Part shown: positions 1-10,881 of the stretch, piece after piece | Layout: each line of letters opens with the position of its first letter | Position numbering within the stretch: position 1 is the stretch's first letter | Position numbers and translations under genes: made by a program | Notes under the pieces: model-generated | Seen by the model: only the letters and a program-made list of their open reading frames with translations | What the model was told of the DNA's origin: nothing | The model's database searches: none | Source of the DNA: Diadema antillarum | Lineage: Eukaryota | NCBI RefSeq assembly: GCF_040938485.1 | Contig: NW_027271416.1 | Span: 186,001-250,000, forward strand | Length of the DNA stretch: 64,000 nucleotides | Reading direction: 5' to 3'

Positions 1-1172
1 TCTTTAACTGAAGTAAGATTTACTAAATTCTTAGGAATCACAATTGACTCGAGTTTAACTTGGAACGATCACATTCATAATATCCACACGTCTGTCTCAA
101 GAACTGTAGGAGTTTTATATCGACTGAAAAACTTCATTTCTCAAAATTCCCTGACTATTCTATACAATGCATTGATCTTACCACATATCACATACTGCAA
201 TATCGCTTGGGGAAACTGTGGCTCAACTAAAATTAATCCAATTTTTACTCTCCAAAAACGTGCTGTACGTTTGATTACCAATTCCCGTTACTTATCCCCA
301 TCCAATCCCCTATTTCGTCAACTAAAAACATTGAAAATTGAGGATCTTCACACCTTTCAAACTGCTGTTTTTATGTATAGATATACATTTAATTGTCTTC
401 CAAAATTTTTTGATGGCTTCTTCACTCCAAATTTCACCGTTCATTCATATCCAACACGTCAGTCGTCCGATTACCATCTCGAAAACCCCAGAATCATTTT
501 AGCTCAAAAATCATTAAAGCACAATGGACCAGATATTTGGAATTCTTTACCCCCTAATTTAAAACAACGTACGTCGTTGAACATTTTCAAACGAGAACTA
601 AAAAACACCCTCATAATCCAGTATACTTCTGACACATAAATATTCATACCACCTGGTCAACAAACACCCTAAACAATGAGTTCACGGCCATAACTGAAGT
701 AACATTCACCTCATCACACTGATACACAAAATAACACTCAACGTACAAACCAAGATTCATCCCAACACAATGCACACCGCACTGCACCGCACGCCCTTCG
801 CACAATTACTTCCCACTCAGTGAGTGGCAAGATTTTCTTTATGTATCTCTTCGTTGAGCCCATTGCACAATTACCCCCCACTCAGTGAGTGGCAAGATTT
901 TCTTTATGTATCTCTTTACCTGGGGCCATCATCCTCGTCAAGCTTAGCTTATGATGATGGTCCCCTGCATTTCATTTTTATCATTTCCTGTTGCTTCCTT
1001 TCATATATGATATTCGTTCTTGAAAAAAAAAAGAAAATGTATGTAAGATCCAAACGTTACGAATATTAGCTGTGTAAATGACTATGTAAGTATTTTGTTG
1101 ATTTGTTGATTTGTATTGATTTTGAAATGCAGAAATAAAAACTGAACTGAACTGAACTGAACTGAACTGAAA
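1..1172 (+). mobile_element. 3' end of a CR1/L2-group non-LTR retrotransposon (RT C-terminus, 3' UTR, microsatellite tail), 5'-truncated by the window edge
   Basis: Frame 1 is open from base 1 to the stop at 639: ...KFLGITIDSSLTWNDHI...LYNALILPHITYCNIAWG...LQKRAVRLI...NGPDIWNSLPPNLK...FKRELK. This is typical of the post-RT region of CR1/L2/Crack LINEs. It is followed by an untranslated region ending in AATAAA plus (AACTG)n at about 1135-1170. Confidence 0.9.
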
Positions 1173-4028
1173 TATTTGACACCAGGGGGAAAGTAACTCG
1201 TGCAACAAAAGAAAGAGAACAAGGAAGAGGACGAGGACATCGTCATAAAAATTTACGGATACAAACATCCCGAGGTGTTAATACTCTCATTTATCTCTGC
1301 CCATTACAAGCTTATTCACGCGCTAGTATAACTGTGTCTATATAGTTTACAAAGTATTACCAATTTTAACTCTGCTGATGTTTCTAAAATTTTGTTGTCA
1401 TGTTAACAACTTTCGGGGACTCAAATTTGTTGAAATGCATCTTAAGGAAGGGAGTATGTCTAACATCATTATTTCATGAACCAATTAGCTGCACATGACA
1501 ACAAACGCTCTTTTAGTAAATTTGTCACTTATCTGCATACACTATAAAAGAGTTCAAAAATAACCATGAATAGCATGCACCTCTCTCTTGTGTTTCAGTC
1601 GTTTAAGTTATGAGGAGGACGTGATTGAGCAAGCCACTGTTAATACAGTAAAAAGGGAAGTTCTAAGGAGGTCTGACCTGTACCAAGTTCTACTCATGTC
1701 TCCCAATTCCTCAAACGTCGATCGTTCTACACTAATTTCGGATAAGTCCTAAGGCGATGGTCTATATTCAATTCAATTCAATTTTTATTTCATTTTTCGA
1801 CAAGAAAATATAGACATCAATTTTTTGGGAGATAATGATAAATACATTTTAAACAAAAGCAGCAAAATCGTAACAGAAATGTTGACCTAACAAACAAGGG
1901 AGAATCAATCGTATAAGCTTATTTGATAAACATGCGACAAATTTTGTAACACTTAGTGTCACGCACGAGTAACATGCATGTGTGTATATCGTTTCCTATG
2001 CTTACCAAGTATGCCGCACTTCCCGGTTCAAAATTGCTGATTTATGTCTGGTTCCGAAGTCCCGCTCGGAAGTATGGGATCAAAACCTGTTGGTCTGTTC
2101 AGCGAAGGCGAACACATTCACATATATATTGAATGTGGTCTTACTTTTTAGACTAAGACCCAAACAAAATATGAAAAGTTAGTTTTTGGACAGAGAGGTG
2201 CACTATGTTCGCACTGACAAAATGGCAGCGATTAAAGCAGCTTTCAGAACAATGTTTGCATATTCTTCGTGACCTTACCCTCTGAACGCTTCTATTAATA
2301 GAACTGATAAGTGGGTTTTCCCCCATATCTCAAACATTATGTGTTTATCTGAAAATCACAGCGCATTGTGCCATAATTATACGCTTGAATGAATAAACAG
2401 CGCATAATGAAATTTCGCTTTGTATAGTGAGCTATTCATCTGACATTGATGAACATTTTCTGAAAAGAGAAATATATCAACAAAAGTCGTCTTTTTAAGG
2501 GATCACTTCAACGAGTATCTTAGTAAAATGAGACAATTGGTCTGTTGGTTATTCAAAAATGTCCGTCTTTTATCCTTTTGGTACATAATCATCAAATTTT
2601 CTTTTTTTTTAAATTCCTGAGACTTATCAAACCACGAGAATTTAAAGAGTCTAGATTGTGTGCTGATGTATTCATCATTTGATGTTCTGATACATATCAT
2701 GTAGAAAACTAAACTTTATTACTGATATATCTGGAAGCATATGATTATTGCATTCCACTTGATGCTGCATGGTGTTAACGAGGATACCGCAACCTTCTGA
2801 AGTTGGGGAGGGATGGTTTAGGATTAGGGTTTGGTGGTGGTCCTGGGTAAATTCACACAAGAAGTAAACGTTTATTTTGAGACAAGTATGCATGTCACAG
2901 TCTGCAAAAGACTTTGATAAAGTTATAGGAGGGGGAGAATATCATGTTTGATCAACAACCTCCGAAACATTCATATCGAACTGTAAAACATAGCAGGATT
3001 TTTTTTTCTATTTGTTTGTTTGTTTTACTTTTAACTTAATTTAACTCCGGTTAGTTTTGTGAGACATTCTGCCGAAGATATATTTTTAATTAATCTGAAA
3101 CGATGCCCTTTATCAACAACCATGAACAGGGAAAATAAAAAAAAAACAATAATTATTTTCAATCTGTTGGATTATAGAGTATAGCCATATTATTTAGAAT
3201 ACATGTCCTTCATGTTTTCGCATCACTAAACTGGAAACACATTTGTCATCCCTGCCATGTCATAAGCCAAAACTTCGAATTTAATGAACTGATCCTTACC
3301 AGTCATATACTTTTGTTGTTGTTGTTCTTTGGTAGCGGGTTTTTAGTTAACACCGTAGCTGACAGTTAATGCCAACGGAAACATTGGGCTGAATCATTAA
3401 TCTTTATTGGGAGTTCTAAGCATCAAAAGCAAATGTGATTATGGTACTATATAGTAACGAGTCTGACTCGGTGGAGGATTAAAACATGGTTAGTACTGAT
3501 ACAGAATCTCCCTATGATACATCATATTAAATATTTGTCAAGAGTGAAGTGAAACTCCAGTCTGTGTCAAAGTTGACGCTGTTTTTTTGGTTGTTTGTTT
3601 GTCGTTTGTTTTGTTTTTGTTTCTTGCATGTCAGCTAAAGAAACCCGGAATTGGATAAGCTGATGAAACCCGGAAGTGTGCTCCCCCCCCCCCCCCCCCC
3701 CACACACACACACTTTTGAAAACGTGGCGCCGGCGATGAAGTGTCATCAAAATCAGAATCCCTTCCACCACCACCCTAAAAAAGAAAATAAATAGATAAA
3801 AAGTAGAATGAAACAAATTTCGAAGTTTAACATATTAAGCTCATGAAATGATGATAGCAATCAGACTGATATCGGACAACTTATATTATCATGAGGTGAT
3901 AATATTAGACACATAAACCTCCACTGACTTTCCTTTATTTCATTTATTGATTTAGCATTGTTATAGAAATGAATGGTCTCATCTCCTCCAACTAAACTTG
4001 CACCTACTTCTTACAAGTACATGTACAT

Positions 4029-4031
4029 ATG

Positions 4032-4106
<75 letters not shown>
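4029..4106. repeat. Compound (TA)n(TG)n microsatellite; other (CA)n/(TA)n/(GA)n tracts at about 5638-5675, 9996-10033, 17779-17812, 33092-33156, 36390-36425 and 40058-40101
   Basis: Direct inspection; they explain the YIYI/CVCV/HTHT ORFs. Confidence 0.9.
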
Positions 4107-4108
<2 letters not shown>

Positions 4109-5412
4109 TCATTTGCTGTGTTATATAGTCAAATTATTGACAAGAAAAATAAAATCTATATTATTTTCATGCACAAACTTAAAGATTTGTATTGTCATGG
4201 GAACATCACCGCGACTAATTTGCATAAAACGTGTCTTTGTGGCCTATCTCTCTTTTGACAAGGAAAAAACAAAAACAACAGGAGAATATTTTAAATGCCA
4301 TAACTTATCAATGCTTGTCTGGTTTTGCAGGAATATTTTTGAGATTTCCGGAATTTACACTTTTTATTGAAAAAAAAAAAGTGAACTCATCCATTCGAGA
4401 AGTGTTTTTTTTTTGAGAGAGAGAGAGAGAATAAGACCCTTCTGCTATAAGCTTATGTCAAACAAATATCTTCTTCACTCCTCGTTTGCTGTAGATTTGT
4501 TAAAGGCAAGAAATAAAAAAAAAATACCTGTCATGATATTATGAGATGTGTGTAACACTGTGCTACGTGTCACTGTGGGTTTGTGGTGTACTTATGTGTT
4601 AGTCACGCAGAAGTTTTTGCTTTTGCTTTTAACCTGATCAATTTCTACCATTATTCTCTATTATATCCCTCATGTAAAGCTTCTTGCCATAGGATTGTAC
4701 AGAGCACGAACATGGTGTAGTTTTACTAGCTAGCTACGAGCAGCTGGATGCGGTGCAATTGGTTACTAGCCAGCGGGATATAGTACTTTTGGGAATCCAC
4801 GATCTGCACCCATCGTGATCGTGCGATCGATATCGACATTTCTCACTCAAGAATGTACGCAGTGCGCGTAGTAGCGATACTTTTGAGCGACAGTCCTGTG
4901 CGTGGCTTGTAGCTAGCGCTAGCAGCGCTTTGGAATTGCGCGACGGCATAATTACAGAAATCTGTGGTGCGATGGCGTGTGTGTGTAACGTTATTTGCAA
5001 TTAGTGTGATCAATGCATTCAGCTCAATTGACAAAGTGACTGGTTCAAGTAACGGAGGAATGATCGCAGGAGGACACCATATCAGGTACGAATTAGGAAT
5101 AAACTAAAACCGATTTTGAAGATGATCTGGGTAACGAAGCTGCTTTTGGCCTACTTCTAACGTAGTCCTGGACCTCCTCGATCTTTCGGAGTTTTGCACG
5201 CTGTGTAGTAGTGTAGCTCGTGTGTAGGAATCAACAACAGCGCAGCGGTGTCGTTCGCTACGCGCTGCACGCACTGCTGCTGCACAGCTACGGCCTAACG
5301 GTAGATTTATCGTTCAAGAAACCTGCACATTTTTCCAAAAGGGAACCGTCATTACTCTAGTAAAATGCTCGAGAGGGATATAAAACAAATATCGACTGCT
5401 TTCTTTCGGGCC

Positions 5413-5523
5413 ATGGTAAAACTATTTGACCTCGGTGATTTCTCAACAGTGCCATGTCCCTCGACTTCGTCTCGGGACATAAGCACTGTTGAGAAATCAC
5501 CTCGGTGCAAATAGTTTTACCAT
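5413..5523. repeat. Long imperfect hairpin (about 50-bp arms), probably a MITE or transposon end
   Basis: ATGGTAAAACTATTTG..GGTGATTTCTCAACAGTGC (5413-5452) pairs with GCACTGTTGAGAAATCACC..CAAATAGTTTTACCAT (5483-5523) around a CCCTCGACTTCGTCTCGGG core. Confidence 0.7.
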
Positions 5524-5634
5524 CTCCCTCTGCAGCAGTCGATATTTGTATACTGTTTCGTCATTACGCCATTTCCACCTCATTCTCAATTTCACTCAAG
5601 CACAAACACATCTACGAGTTTTAACACATAAATG

Positions 5635-5678
<44 letters not shown>

Positions 5679-6028
5679 CATCACGTACACAAAGAAACAC
5701 AGTGTAACTTATCATGCACGCACACATCCATGAATACAAATAAAACCATGTAATACTCTCAAAATGCCAACACAATGAAACAGGCTGAAATGAAGAAGAT
5801 CTACATGTCAAAAGACAATGTTTATTAACAAACATCATGATAAACAACAATGTTGCTGAATTTAAGTCAGAATCATCGCGAATGTCTCAGATAACAAAAC
5901 AGAGTTCTGGAGCCGGAAGCATGCTGAAGGGTTTGTTTCCAGCAAAGAGTGAAATAAATATCTCAACATGTGATACTACACATCACATCTCAGTCACTCC
6001 TATCAAAAGTGAGGCATCATCACAGCGT

Positions 6029-7267
6029 TCAGTGTGGAACGACGAAGACATAAGGATGATCTAACAAGTAGAATGGCGACAGGCTGTGGTGGAGACTCAC
6101 TTCACGGTACGGCGATGAATACGACGAAGTCGGTCGGCTGCTTCGGGAGAGAAAGTCTACAGACATCAAGGGATTGGTGGCGCCCTGCTGCTTTCGATGA
6201 GATGTCGTCTGCGGTAAATTGATGACGTCACGCTCGTCGCTGATACGGAAAGTCGACCAGGAATCCGATGGTCGGCTGCTACGAGACAGGAAATCGACTG
6301 ACATCGCTGAGTCGTTGATGGCGAACTTCTTGGGTGGCGGTGTGTTCTGATGGTCGATGACGTCGCATTCCGTTGATCGCTTACGCTTTCCTGTGGATGA
6401 AGACTCCGGTCCCTTGATCTGGTTGTTGGTGTCTAGTCGAGTAGAGAGGGAGTTGAGTGAAGCTCGACGAAGCCGCGAACGGCGATTCTGAAACCAGACC
6501 TGAAGATGAAGAAAAGAAAGACATGACTTTACCCTATGTGCTTCATGCAGAAACAGAACTTGTAATGGACATAAATCCTAAAATAAAGCTGATACACAAT
6601 GTATTTGAGGATATTGTAGATAGTAGTTGGAGGGTATGGCAAATTGTTTTTATGCAACAACTGATTAACCACAAAAAAGTCACACACTTTGAGAAAATAA
6701 TGAATTTTTAGCTCCAGGCAATGATTTTCTGGCCGGTACTGAGAATGTTTGAGTTCTATATTTACGTAGGTAACATCATGATATTCATTCTAAATAAAGA
6801 AATCCAATGTGTAAACTGTATTTAACAACAGTCATATCATTTTGTCGTTCAAAGTCATTTAAACAATTTATGCCATAAAATATAGACTTGATGATATATG
6901 TATACATCTCTATCATGATCATAAATGTTTAGATATCCATGAGATCAAATTAAATCATTTACAGGATTCTTCTTCCGTGGTTGATTGCATTTATTCATTC
7001 ATACAAATGTAGGTGAAGAATATCTTTAGCATTACAATCGCTTTACACAGCCCTGATTTTACATACTTGTATTCTGTCTTCATCGAGGCCGAGTGAGGCA
7101 GCCAGTTTCTCTCTCGAAATGATGTCGGGATATCGGTCGATGTCGAATTCAGCCTTCAGCCTCTCGAGCTGCCATCCGGTGAACACGGTCGGACGTCGAC
7201 GACGGAGGCCTTTGGTAGGAACGGACGTCGAGACTTGAGAGAGAATCGAGAGCGGTGAATCAGCCAT
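6029..7267 (-). CDS. pmar1: PRD-class Q50 homeobox repressor, pmar1/micro1 family, copy A (2 exons, 223 aa)
   Basis: Exon 1 is 7267-7067 (MADSPL...RRRRPTVFTGWQLERLKAEFDIDRYPDIISREKLAASLGLDEDRIQ, donor GTATGT). Exon 2 is 6499-6029 (acceptor cttcag; VWFQNRRSRLRRAS...KRKRSTECDV...MSVDFLSRSSR x2...VVPH*). The phase-0 intron between homeodomain codons 46 and 47 is the PRD-class hallmark. RRRRPTVFT, VWFQNRRSRLRR and the twice-repeated MSVDFL eh1-like motif match the echinoid Pmar1/Micro1 family as I know it. Confidence 0.9.
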
Positions 7268-7364
7268 GCTGAATTGGATTGGTTTTGTACAGATGCTGGT
7301 TTGTAGGATAAACCTCAGAGGTGCGACTTAACTTCAAGAAAATCTGAATGAGGTGTGGTGATAG

Positions 7365-7625
7365 AATATATCAAAGTAGCTGGTAGCCTTGCAGTGATTA
7401 AGTGGGTTATGAATTGGAGAAGCCACGCACCACTTTCACAAGCCCTTAACAAGCAAAGTGGTTTGATTGGTCTGATAAACCGACCAATAGGCGTGACAGG
7501 ATTAGCAATTGAGGTAAAGTTGTAGTTTCATGAATGCCCACAGACTTCCACTATTCAAAGGGTAGTGTGACTGTCCTAATCTATGTCGCAAATACAAGAG
7601 GGCTATCACTTTTCCTTTGTTCATT
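7365..7625 (-). promoter_or_regulatory. Proximal promoter of pmar1 copy A with TCF-, CCAAT- and Otx-type motifs
   Basis: Plus-strand ATCAAAG at 7370-7376 (TCF consensus) next to a TATA-like AT stretch; GATTGG 7465-7470 and CCAAT 7484-7488; GGATTA 7499-7504 (Otx/K50 site); CTTTGTT 7615-7621. These are motif matches only. Confidence 0.5.
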
Positions 7626-8194
7626 AGCGGTCTAATTGTCGGTCCGCTGCCGACAAACCAAACAATACCCTTGTAGCAACTTCCCAAGATCGACAAGGAA
7701 CAAAAGGAGTAGAGGAACAATAGACTATTTCTTGCGCTCGTCGTACAGTCGGTTATTACAGAACATGGTTCTATTTAGAGATCTTTGAAAACTCTGAAAC
7801 TCATCTCTGAAAATTGTCTTGATGAAGAGCAAAACCAAATTTTTGCCCATGCTCAAGATGACATTATTAAATGCCGTCAAAATGAAACCAAAAAGACAAA
7901 GTGAAATTGTTATTTATAAATACAACTTTACAAACAGTCACCTTTGGAAAAAAGGGAAAATGAATAGATTCGAAGTTTAAATAATTTATATGGGGTACTA
8001 ACGTCATCGACTCTTTCGCCTTTAAAAAAAGAAATACGAGAAACATAAGTCACATTAAACTCCAGTCCGACTCATTTATTGTTCTTGACTTTTTTGTTTG
8101 TTTTTCTTTATCTTGGTGGCCCAACATTTTTTTTTTCTGTGGTCCCGGGCCACCTGATCACCGCTTATGTCGATCACTGTGTAATAATAATACG

Positions 8195-8397
8195 CAAGTA
8201 TGGACATCTATTGGAGGTTGAATTTGATGCTTACTTTAACAATAATCTCAAGTTGCAATTTGCTGAACATAGCCAGGCGTCGATGTCGCTGGTAGGAACG
8301 GACTTTGAAGTGTGATCGAGAACACTAATCTCCGTGTAACTATCGATAGCATACATAGAGTTTAGTGATCGAGAAGAGAGTGTAATAAATCAGCCAT
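8195..8397 (-). pseudogene. Degenerate third pmar1-like copy (exon 1 remnant)
   Basis: Starts caacATGGCTGAT like copy B (copy A has cagcATGGCTGAT) and reads MADLLHSLLDH*. An insertion of about 53 bp bounded by the direct repeat GTGATCGAGAA (8312-8322 and 8365-8375) introduces the stop. Beyond it is TSKSVPT (copy A: VSTSVPT), then after a frameshift HRRLAMFSKLQLEII (homeodomain start, cf. RRRPTVFTGWQLERL) and NRCP (cf. DRYP). No second exon was found. Confidence 0.7.
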
Positions 8398-10222
8398 GTT
8401 GGAAAGTGGATACGACCTTAATTTAGTATAAGGCGTGTAGGGTGAGAACGTTTGACGTGTGCAGCTACGTGAAATATATATATATTTTCGATTCACCGTA
8501 TGACCAGTTTTCGTTGGGAAGTTCCAATTTCCATTCAGAGAAAGTCTCACAGGTCAAATCAAAGGACCAATGGGGTTGAATAATAACGGCACAGACTGGG
8601 ACGTAGTTCGTATCTTAAGTGATCTGTCACTCGAGTTCTTTCACTGGCTGATGTAGTCCCATTCTTCAGGTATAGACTGAAAGAGAACTGTGCGGCAATT
8701 GAACCGACAAAGTTATACTGAGACACTATGGCTTTCTTTCAGAGATTACATTAATCTCTATGCTTTCTTCTCACTCGAAACGCGCGCCCCGGTTGTGATG
8801 ATCCTATCATAATACCTAATCACGTGTTTGCTTTTGTTCATGACAGGATGCAAGAAATTAAGGAGCAGATCGTAAAGAATAAAGATCGTCCTTTGAACAA
8901 CCCACACAGAAGAAAGGTCTATCCTATCAAAGAGTTGAGATCAAAGTTTTGCCGAAGATTATTTTGGCGTAAAGTCTCCCTGTCAATCATGGCCATAATA
9001 TGTCAATAGTGTTGTCTTTGCATCAGTTAAGTTGAATTGTTCTGATAGTGCTATAGACACAGGTTACGTTCAATTACTGTACAGAGAGGATGGGCCATCA
9101 TCTCCTATACAATTGATGGTCATTCAATCCTCTAGGTCCTAGTTATCGGTGTGGGTATGTAAGCATACCATATATTCATTTGGTTGTGTACGTATCATAT
9201 CAACGTGTCATGTATGGAAGCTTGTATGTATAAACCTGCTTTTTGAAAAGAGAGAGAATATAAATGGGAGAAAGTGCAAACTTTTATATCTGATAAATGG
9301 AAGGGAAAGGTTCATGATTATGTAAATATACATGCAGATAAAAAGTGAAGAAAACATAGCCTTATCATAAAAGTAATAAGACGTGTTTTACCCAGAGCAC
9401 ACACTGATGAGGTCCTCACGCACGAATGAATTAACAAACCAGCAACCCTTGAAAATAAGAAGGCAAAATGACAACTTCACTTCGTAATACTGTGATTCAA
9501 GAAATAAAATGCAAATCTTACAGCAACTCTTTTAAACCCTTCGACACGTATTATGCGTGTGGTAGGAATTCAACACCGTTATCAAATGTCTGTATCGCCT
9601 CTTTACTGGAATATTTGATTGTTTGTAATGATGTCATAACGACTTGATATCTGTTCAGGTTTTGTAAGAAAGCGTCGAGTCATTCTGATATAGCCAAGGG
9701 AATGCTTCCGTCTAAAGGACATGAGCTTACTGTATTACTATTACTTTTGTGCATAAGATGTATGCCGTTGTTCATGTACCTATCATAATGGCATATTTTT
9801 ATACAGACATTCTGCATAGCTTGGCCTGTGAATATTTAGAAAGAATATGTGTGTCCATTTCTTTGTAGAGATTGCCGTTTGTTCGAAAGTAGTGATAGAG
9901 GTCTATAACAGGACAAACTGTTGTATCTCACATTACCTTTCCAAGCATCAAAAGACTCAACACTTCGTTTGTTTTCTTTGATCTCTCCCGTCTTCCCTCT
10001 CTCTCTCTCTCTCTCTCTCTCACTCACTCTCTCTAGAACTCTAGTTCATGTTGTCAATGCCAACAGTTTATTTTGGCACAATATTTTTTTATACCAATAA
10101 TTAATTTCATTTTATCAAAATAAGCTCGTGTTTTGATAGCATGAGCTTGAGTTCTGTTCTATGTTTCAATATTATTGCAACAACACGTGGACTCCTTTCT
10201 TTCTTTCTCTCTCTCTCTCTTT

Positions 10223-10257
<35 letters not shown>

Positions 10258-10881
10258 TGTGTGTGATAAAACATCTGTGTTTATGTTTTTATTTTTTCAT
10301 GGTATGGTCCTTTTGCATAGTATGTGTAAGACTCATTTAAAAAAAACATAAAAACACTAAAAACAGAAACAAAATACACCAAATGCACAGGCACTCNNNN
10401 NNNNNNNNNNNNNNNNNNNNNNNNNNNNNNNNNNNNNNNNNNNNNNNNNNNNNNNNNNNNNNNNNNNNNNNNNNNNNNNNNNNNNNNNNNNNNNNNNNNN
10501 NNNNNNNNNNNNNNNNNNNNNNNNNNNNNNNNNAATTCATCCAGCCACACAACGGTCATACACTTCAACTTTAAAAAAATATACTCCTGAATGACAAATT
10601 TGTTCACAGAAAATGATTTGGTAATAAACCGGTGTATTTATTTACAATCATAATTCAGAATTGTGTTCAAAGCTGAAAGTCATAGTGGGTTACTATGATA
10701 CACAAAAAAAAAAACCATTGCTCCACGTCACAGAACAGGTTTCACTAGGACTCGTCACGACGAATGTCCAGGATCAAGATGGCATGATAATATATGATAC
10801 TGCAATCGTTATGTAGAATGACGATGGGCTGTGGTAATAGAGACTACCGATTGCTTTCAAAGTTCGGCAGCATCACAGTGT

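Noticed and set aside
1765-1790. (TTCAA)n tracts here and at about 29572, 33765 and 62105
   Set aside because: Consistent with microsatellite tails of decayed CR1/L2 LINEs; no independent function is evident.
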